DNA from: Candidatus Omnitrophota bacterium
Lineage (GTDB): Bacteria; Omnitrophota; Gorgyraeia; Duberdicusellales; Duberdicusellaceae
Assembly (NCBI GenBank): GCA_021163425.1
Contig: JAGGWS010000038.1
Span: 10,418-74,417 of the forward strand
Length of the DNA stretch: 64,000 bases
Direction: 5' to 3'
How positions within the stretch are numbered: the stretch's first letter is position 1; each line of letters opens with the position of its first letter. Shown here in pieces: positions 58,700-64,000 of this stretch. A program made the position numbers and the translations under genes. Under the pieces are notes generated by a model, which had not been told where the DNA came from, did not search any database, and saw nothing but the letters and a program-made list of their open reading frames with translations.

Positions 58700-60232
58700 T
58701 TATTTTCTCTTAAAGAAAAGTATTTTCTGGAGTTTTTCTATAAAGGTCTCTTCTTTCACAGTCCAACTCCATTGAGCAGGGGTGGGGTCTTCCTCATAGA
58801 GAGAAATTAACCCATCTCCATCTATATCTAAGCCAGCTTTGACTTTGAATAAGTGAACTCCCAAACTTAGACCAGAAAAACTCACGCTTTTTTCTTTCTT
58901 CCAGGAAGACCACTCCGAACCATCTAAAGAATAACTGAACAAACACCCCTCACGGGAAGCCTGATAATAAAATGTAGCTTCTTTCTCAGGAGTTAAACTG
59001 GAAGGACCACTTATTATTCGAGTATCAGGAGCCAATACTACTAAGTCAATATCATCAGAAAATACAGGAGATACATTTCCAGCATAATCTTCAAACTTAA
59101 TATAAACTGTCTTCTTCCCGGATATATCCGGCTCTTTCAGAAGCCAATCCTCTATTAAAGCCTTGAATTCCAGCGGATTATCCATCTCCGTATCAAAAAC
59201 ACCATCATTGGATATGTAGATATACTTTATTCCACTTACCTCATCAGAAGCTGTAATTTTTAGAGTAACATAAGGAGAATTAGTTACAGGGTCATCATTA
59301 TTTATCACCACACTACCCTGAGGGGAATGAGTATCTACAATAAAGCTCCAGGCTTTGCTAACCTGGTTTCCTATGTTGTCCTCTGCCTTTATTAAAACTA
59401 TATTTTCTCCATCGGGCAAACTTCCCTTATAGGAATAAATATTCTTATCCTCAGCAAACTTTCCAGAGACTTCTTCTCCATTCAGGAAAAACTGTAAACT
59501 ACTTAAGTTGACCCCTGAATGTAAATCTTCTACCTTACAACTTATCTCCACAAAGCTCTGGTTAATAAGCTCAGAAACAGCCGGGGTTAACTCAGTTACA
59601 GAAGGATGAGTAGTATCTACCCAAATCTCAAAGCTTAGAGGTTGCCCCCAGACTTTTCCTCCTCCATAAGGGGCTACATAAAAGATATGTTTTCCATCAG
59701 AGAGGCTGTCCTGAGGATACTGATAAAAAGAAAACTCTGTATCTACCTCCCCATCAGGAAGACTATCTAAAGAGAAACTAAACCCTTTTATTAAAACAGG
59801 TGGGTTAATAACAACAATCCAGTAAAAATAGGGGTCATTATCTTTCTGCCATACTGACGGAGAAATTTCAAAGCCACCCAGATGAGTTTTTGCACGAAGT
59901 TCAGCTATTTCATAGAGCACTTCTCCTACCAGGACAGGCCAGTAACAACTAAAATTAATCCCTATCTGAGTACTTGCAACTTCTACAGGCACTGAAAACA
60001 ACTGTCCGACAACAAAGTAAGTAAGGCGGCGCTCACTAAAAGAAGCAAAACCCAGACTGGTGCCTATACTTATAAGCTCAATCTCATAATTAGAAGAGGC
60101 AGCCTGCTCAGCATATACCCCTGATACAATATAAAGGATAAAGAATAAAATAATAATTTGAAATTTGAAATTTGAAATTTGAAATTTATTACTTTGAAAT
60201 TTGAAATTTGAAATTTGAAATTTATTACTCAT
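58700..60232 (-). CDS. Secreted Ig-like repeat surface protein
   Basis: Signal peptide after a repeat-encoded N terminus; DG.H.F.V, VDT..P, AED..GN, APDT.I.SGP, DIDGDG motifs. Confidence 0.75.
   Translation of the reverse strand: MSNKFQISNFKFQSNKFQISNFKFQIIILFFILYIVSGVYAEQAASSNYEIELISIGTSLGFASFSERRLTYFVVGQLFSVPVEVASTQIGINFSCYWPVLVGEVLYEIAELRAKTHLGGFEISPSVWQKDNDPYFYWIVVINPPVLIKGFSFSLDSLPDGEVDTEFSFYQYPQDSLSDGKHIFYVAPYGGGKVWGQPLSFEIWVDTTHPSVTELTPAVSELINQSFVEISCKVEDLHSGVNLSSLQFFLNGEEVSGKFAEDKNIYSYKGSLPDGENIVLIKAEDNIGNQVSKAWSFIVDTHSPQGSVVINNDDPVTNSPYVTLKITASDEVSGIKYIYISNDGVFDTEMDNPLEFKALIEDWLLKEPDISGKKTVYIKFEDYAGNVSPVFSDDIDLVVLAPDTRIISGPSSLTPEKEATFYYQASREGCLFSYSLDGSEWSSWKKEKSVSFSGLSLGVHLFKVKAGLDIDGDGLISLYEEDPTPAQWSWTVKEETFIEKLQKILFFKRK
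60157..60228. repeat. Perfect 36-bp tandem duplication of (TTTGAAA)x4-TTTATTAC
   Basis: Two identical 36-mers, 60157-60192 and 60193-60228, just after the start codon of the Ig-like gene. Confidence 0.95.
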
Positions 60233-61881
60233 CCTCCCAACACCCTTAAAACTTCCTGAAGAGAAGTTTTAGCTTCTACTATTTTGGAGAAGCCATCTTC
60301 TTTCAAGGTTCTAAATCCTTTCTTCTGAGCATAAACTCTAATCTCATCGGAAGAGGCTTTCTCCACAATTAAATTGTCAAAACCTGAATCAAGCTCTAAC
60401 ACCTCAAATATAGCTACTCTGCCCTTAAAACCTGTCCGGCTACATTCCTGACATCCTGAAGGTTCAAAAATACCCACCTGTTTGTCAGAAGGTAAAGGCT
60501 CCAATCCCAGAGATTTCCTCAATTGACTCAAAGATATACTCCTTTCTCTTTTACAGTTAGAACATAAAACCCTCACTAATCTCTGGGCTATAACCCCTTT
60601 TAAAGAAGAAGCTACCAGAAATGGTTCAAGGCCCATATCTATAAGTCTTGTTACTGCTGAAGGGGCATCGTTGGTATGAAGGGTTGATAAAACTAAGTGT
60701 CCGGTTAGACTTGCCTGAATAGCAATCTGGGCTGTTTCTCTATCTCTAATTTCGCCAACCATCACAATATCAGGGTCATGCCTTAAAATTGAACGCAACC
60801 CGGAAGCAAAAGTAAGCCCTACAGCAGGATTAACCTGAATCTGTTTGGCAAAATCTAAATGATATTCTACAGGGTCTTCAATAGTAATTATGTTTTTTTC
60901 CACACTCCTTATTTTTAAAAGAGAGGCATAGAGAGTGGTGGTTTTTCCTGAACCAGTAGGACCGGTAACTAAGATTATTCCTGCGGTCTGCTTTAAAAGC
61001 TGTTTATATTTAGTTAAGTTTTCCTTAGAAAAACCTAACTCCTCAAGGGAAAATAAACCTTTCTCTCTCTCTAAAAGCCTTAAAACAATACTCTCTCCTT
61101 CTACCAGAGGGATAACTGAGATTCTTACATCAATAGGCCGATTGGAAACTTGAACCTGAAATCTTCCATCCTGAGGCCGTCTCCTCTCAGCAATATCTAA
61201 GTTTGCCATAATTTTCAAGCGGGCAATTATGGCATTATAAAGATAAAGAGGAGGCGCTTTAAAAGAATGAAGAACCCCATCAATCCTGAAACGGATACTT
61301 ACCTTATCTCCTCGGGGCTCAATATGGATATCTGAGGCTCTTAAATTCACTGCTTCAGCAATCAATAAGTCTACCAGCTTTATTACTGAAGGCTTCTCTT
61401 TCTGGACTTTAACTTCTTCTAACTGGCTTTCTTCTGAGGGGGCAAAAAATGTCTTAATAAACGAATCTAAATTATCCTTATTAACAAGGTATAACTTAAT
61501 AAACAACCCAGTATGAAACCGCAACTCTTCTAAAGGCTCCAGTTTGAAGGGGTCAGATAAGCCCACTTTCAAAATATTTCCTTCCTGCTGAAGAGGAATG
61601 ATCCTGAATTTAGTTATAAACTCCTGAGGAACCAGTTCTAAAACCTCCTTGGCGGGAATAAAATCCTTCAAGGAAAAAATCTCTATATGAAGTTTGCTCG
61701 ACAAAAAATTTATTAAAGTTTCTTCGTCCATAAGCCCCAGGGTTCTTATAGAATCGGCTAAAGTAGTCTGACTCCTCTCTTTTTCTATCTCTAAAGTTAT
61801 TGCCTGTTCCTGAGTGATAAGGCCTTCGGAAACTAAACTCTTAACCAGAGAATCTCTCAACTCTCTTTTTTCTAACTCCAT
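60229..61881 (-). CDS. T2SS/T4P assembly ATPase (GspE/PilB)
   Basis: ASDIHIEP, RRPQDGR, GPTGSGKTTTLY, EDPVEY, LR.DPD..MVGEIRD, TGHLVLSTLHTN, Zn CxxC pairs. Confidence 0.95.
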   Translation of the reverse strand: MELEKRELRDSLVKSLVSEGLITQEQAITLEIEKERSQTTLADSIRTLGLMDEETLINFLSSKLHIEIFSLKDFIPAKEVLELVPQEFITKFRIIPLQQEGNILKVGLSDPFKLEPLEELRFHTGLFIKLYLVNKDNLDSFIKTFFAPSEESQLEEVKVQKEKPSVIKLVDLLIAEAVNLRASDIHIEPRGDKVSIRFRIDGVLHSFKAPPLYLYNAIIARLKIMANLDIAERRRPQDGRFQVQVSNRPIDVRISVIPLVEGESIVLRLLEREKGLFSLEELGFSKENLTKYKQLLKQTAGIILVTGPTGSGKTTTLYASLLKIRSVEKNIITIEDPVEYHLDFAKQIQVNPAVGLTFASGLRSILRHDPDIVMVGEIRDRETAQIAIQASLTGHLVLSTLHTNDAPSAVTRLIDMGLEPFLVASSLKGVIAQRLVRVLCSNCKRERSISLSQLRKSLGLEPLPSDKQVGIFEPSGCQECSRTGFKGRVAIFEVLELDSGFDNLIVEKASSDEIRVYAQKKGFRTLKEDGFSKIVEAKTSLQEVLRVLGG

Positions 61882-61934
61882 TGCACTTACTCCTTTCTAC
61901 GAAACCCGGGTAATTGTTCATCTCTGAAAACCTA

Positions 61935-61964
61935 TTGACAAAGAATAAAAATTAATACTATACT
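61935..61964 (+). promoter_or_regulatory. Putative sigma70 promoter for the small ORF
   Basis: TTGACA-18 nt-TATACT. Confidence 0.6.
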
Positions 61965-62035
61965 TTTTGCTAATATGAAAATAAGTGATAATATTTTTAT
62001 CTCTCAGTTACTTTTTTCAAAAGGAGTATAAACCT

Positions 62036-62128
62036 ATGTGGTACGGAATCGCTGCTTTTTTAGCTACTATCGTTTTAGCTATCTTTGCCTATCTTACAAC
62101 ACACAAGTCTCATACTACCAAACATTAA
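62036..62128 (+). CDS. 30-aa single-TM peptide (not in ORF track)
   Basis: AAAGGAG RBS, then MWYGIAAFLATIVLAIFAYLTTHKSHTTKH*; promoter upstream. Confidence 0.65.
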   Translation: MWYGIAAFLATIVLAIFAYLTTHKSHTTKH

Positions 62129-62174
62129 ACTAAAAGTATAGGCCGTCTCTTCTCCTGCTCAACGTCGGCAGATT

Positions 62175-62318
62175 CACACGTTCACACGTTCTCACGTTCA
62201 CACGTTCATACGTTCTCACATTCACACGTTCACACGTTCTCACGTTCATACGTTCTCACGTTCATACGTTCTCACGTTCATACGTTCACACGTTCACACG
62301 TTTTTACATTTATACGTT
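62175..62318. repeat. Octamer array (NNNACGTT)x18
   Basis: 18 in-register units (CAC/CTC/CAT/TTT/TAT + ACGTT, two with ACATT). Confidence 0.95.
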
Positions 62319-62510
62319 CTACGAAACCGCTTTAAACTTTTATCCCAATTATTATAATACGAGTTCTATTTTTTGAAAAGTGCTTAGTTTTTGGATACAG
62401 AAAAAAAGACGCCGGCATACACTTAAACTCAAACTCCGGAGTATTCTACCAACTATTAGTTATTGATTATTGATATTGATTGAGGATCGCCCTCGATTCC
62501 TCAAAAATTT

Positions 62511-62564
62511 ATTGAAAATTTACATAGCTTGACATTTATTCTGAAAAAATTCTGTCAAATTACG
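62511..62564. repeat. Dispersed IR element, copy G
   Basis: ATTGAAAATTTACATAGC leader (nearly identical to that of copy C), then TTGACA-N18-TGTCAAATTACG. Confidence 0.8.
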
Positions 62565-62598
62565 TTCTTAGACTATTAGCAAAAAATATAATAAATTC

Positions 62599-62627
62599 TT
62601 GACAAAATAAAGAGGCTAATATATAAA
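62599..62627 (+). promoter_or_regulatory. Putative sigma70 promoter for hup
   Basis: TTGACA-17 nt-TATAAA upstream of the AAGGAGG RBS. Confidence 0.7.
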
Positions 62628-62678
62628 TATTCTACAGGGCTTAAAAGATTGGTAGTTTAAAGCAAGAAAGGAGGAAGA

Positions 62679-62948
62679 ATGAATAAAGCCCAGTTGATAG
62701 CTAAGGTGGCTGAAAAAACTGAAACTAAAAAACAAGCCCAGGAAATAGTAGAACTTATCTTAGATACTATTAAGAGTACTCTTAAGAAAAGAGAGCCAGT
62801 AGCAATTTCAGGATTCGGGACTTTCAGAGTAAAAGAGACTAAGCCCCGAACCGGAAGAAATCCTAAGACTGGTGAAACTATTCAGATCCCTGCTAAGAAG
62901 AAATTATCCTTCAGAGCCTCTAAGGAACTTAAATCAATTATTATCTAA
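62679..62948 (+). CDS. hup: DNA-binding protein HU
   Basis: MNKAQLI, GFGTF, R.GRNPKTGE.I.IPA, F.ASK.LK. Confidence 0.96.
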   Translation: MNKAQLIAKVAEKTETKKQAQEIVELILDTIKSTLKKREPVAISGFGTFRVKETKPRTGRNPKTGETIQIPAKKKLSFRASKELKSIII

Positions 62949-62957
62949 ACAGGTTTT

Positions 62958-63009
62958 AGCCCCTTCTATCTCTTTAGATATCTTAAATAGGTAGAAGGGG
63001 TTTATTTTT
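62958..63009 (+). terminator. Rho-independent terminator after hup
   Basis: CCCCTTCTA...TAGAAGGGG stem followed by TTTATTTTT. Confidence 0.75.
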
Positions 63010-63031
63010 AAACTAAATAGGGAGCCAAACG

Positions 63032-63505
63032 ATGGGAAGGATTTATCTTACAAAAGAAGGCTACGAAAAACTCTTTCAGGAATTAGAATATTTAAAAAAA
63101 GTCAAACGCAAAGAGCTAAGCAAACGGATAGAAGAAGCCCGCTCCTTAGGAGATATCTCTGAAAACGCTGAATATGACTCAGCAAAAGAGGCCCAGCTCA
63201 ATCTGGAGAAAAAGATTAGAGAGCTGGAAACTAAGCTATCTTCAGCAATTATTATCTCACCTCAAGATGTAAACTTAGAAAAGGTAAGTATAGGAACAAA
63301 AATCCTCTTAAGAGACTTAGATACTGGCGAAGAATTCTTTTACATAATCTTAAGTGATGAAGAGGCAGATTTTGAAAGAAATGAAATTGGAATAAGTTCT
63401 CCGGTAGCTTGTGCTCTCTTAGGTAAAAAGAAAGAAGATGTAGTAGAAATTAAAGTTCCTCGCGGAATTTTAAGGTATAAAATATTAGACATTAGCCTGC
63501 CTTAA
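63032..63505 (+). CDS. greA: Transcription elongation factor GreA
   Basis: LT.EGY.KL, GDISENAEYD.AK, IS.SPVA.ALLGK. Confidence 0.95.
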   Translation: MGRIYLTKEGYEKLFQELEYLKKVKRKELSKRIEEARSLGDISENAEYDSAKEAQLNLEKKIRELETKLSSAIIISPQDVNLEKVSIGTKILLRDLDTGEEFFYIILSDEEADFERNEIGISSPVACALLGKKKEDVVEIKVPRGILRYKILDISLP

Positions 63506-63528
63506 CTTTCAAAATATCCCCTGTTTTT

Positions 63529-64000
63529 TCAAGTGCCTATCTTCAGAGAAGAAAACATTTTTCTTAAAAGAGCCTGAGCTGAAGCTATGGCTAAACTGCT
63601 GGTCTTAGGATTCAGAGAAGAAGGGATATTTTCTACTTCAACCTCTATTTTTCCTATCTGAGAAAGTAGATAAATTTTGTGAGTATTTCTTTTAAGTTTA
63701 GGCTCAAGAACAATTTCTACCTGCAAATCTTTAAATTTAGAAGCAAAAAGTAAGGTAGAAGCTACATTAATATTCTGAGGAAAATATTTAAAAGCCTGTT
63801 CTGCCTTCCCCCTGAATAAAATCTTCTTCTGGGAAGTATTGAGGTTTATTTTCTTATTTTTTATATATTCAACACCCTTAAAACCCTGAAGAGGTTTAGA
63901 AGTAATTAGTAAACATTTCTTTATCTTAGCACAAGAAGAAGCCAATATCCCGTCAACCCCACAGATAGCTCCTGAAGGAAGATAAATGTTTATACCTTTC
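63529..64000 (-). CDS. nadX: L-aspartate dehydrogenase (C-terminal part; start lies beyond the window)
   Basis: Frame extends upstream of the track ORF (IYLPSGAICGVDGI); F.G.A..A...FPQNINVA, NPKTS.LA. Confidence 0.85.
   Translation of the reverse strand, partial: KGINIYLPSGAICGVDGILASSCAKIKKCLLITSKPLQGFKGVEYIKNKKINLNTSQKKILFRGKAEQAFKYFPQNINVASTLLFASKFKDLQVEIVLEPKLKRNTHKIYLLSQIGKIEVEVENIPSSLNPKTSSLAIASAQALLRKMFSSLKIGT

Noticed and set aside
996-61153. Short plus-strand ORFs in the track (996, 4040, 12306, 15343, 17101, 17587, 18101, 23862, 31462, 35869, 37691, 40173, 47399, 53811, 60935)
   Set aside because: All lie antisense to well-supported minus-strand genes and show no recognisable motifs; shadow ORFs.
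62133-62425. Weak inverted repeat flanking the 18-unit array (possible MITE ends)
   Set aside because: Needs several gaps and mismatches to align; no target duplication; could be chance.
63502-63535. Possible eighth IR-element copy between greA and nadX (TAACTTTCAAAA)
   Set aside because: Only part of the spacer matches and no TGTCAA arm is present.

Overview
A low-GC (roughly 35% by eye), gene-dense bacterial chromosome segment, almost all on the minus strand. The organism is diderm (Lol and Mla systems) but has Firmicutes-like gene order (mcsA-mcsB-clpC...radA-PIN/TRAM-ispD-ispF-cysS; tmk-holB-yaaT-metG). This mix resembles PVC-superphylum Omnitrophota (inference only). Most genes are housekeeping: aminoacyl-tRNA synthetases, purine/His/GlcN amidotransferases, NfnAB, thiamine genes, cation/H+ antiporters, queA, HU and greA. 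A T2SS/type IV pilus-like cluster lies at 53.6-61.9 kb. I recognised no rRNA, tRNA, CRISPR array or transposase. The most unusual signal is non-coding. (i) A dispersed ~43-bp inverted-repeat element (consensus CGTAACTTGACA-N19-TGTCAAGTTACG, conserved asymmetric spacer) occurs at least 7 times at gene boundaries and supplies the stop codon of two genes. (ii) Tandem octamer arrays (NNN-ACGTT; 9, 17 and 18 units plus a degenerate one) mostly abut these elements and sit beside a Ski2/HelY helicase, a Cas4-like nuclease, a collapsed glgC and a 30-aa peptide gene bracketed by a 12-bp direct repeat. Other highlights: a GAF-ANTAR-headed operon grouping four glutamine amidotransferases, frame-sensitive heptamer repeats inside two genes, a PII-like gene with two antiporters, a THI4 with a DVDP motif, an IS256-like MITE, and two internally deleted pseudogenes (tatD, glgC).
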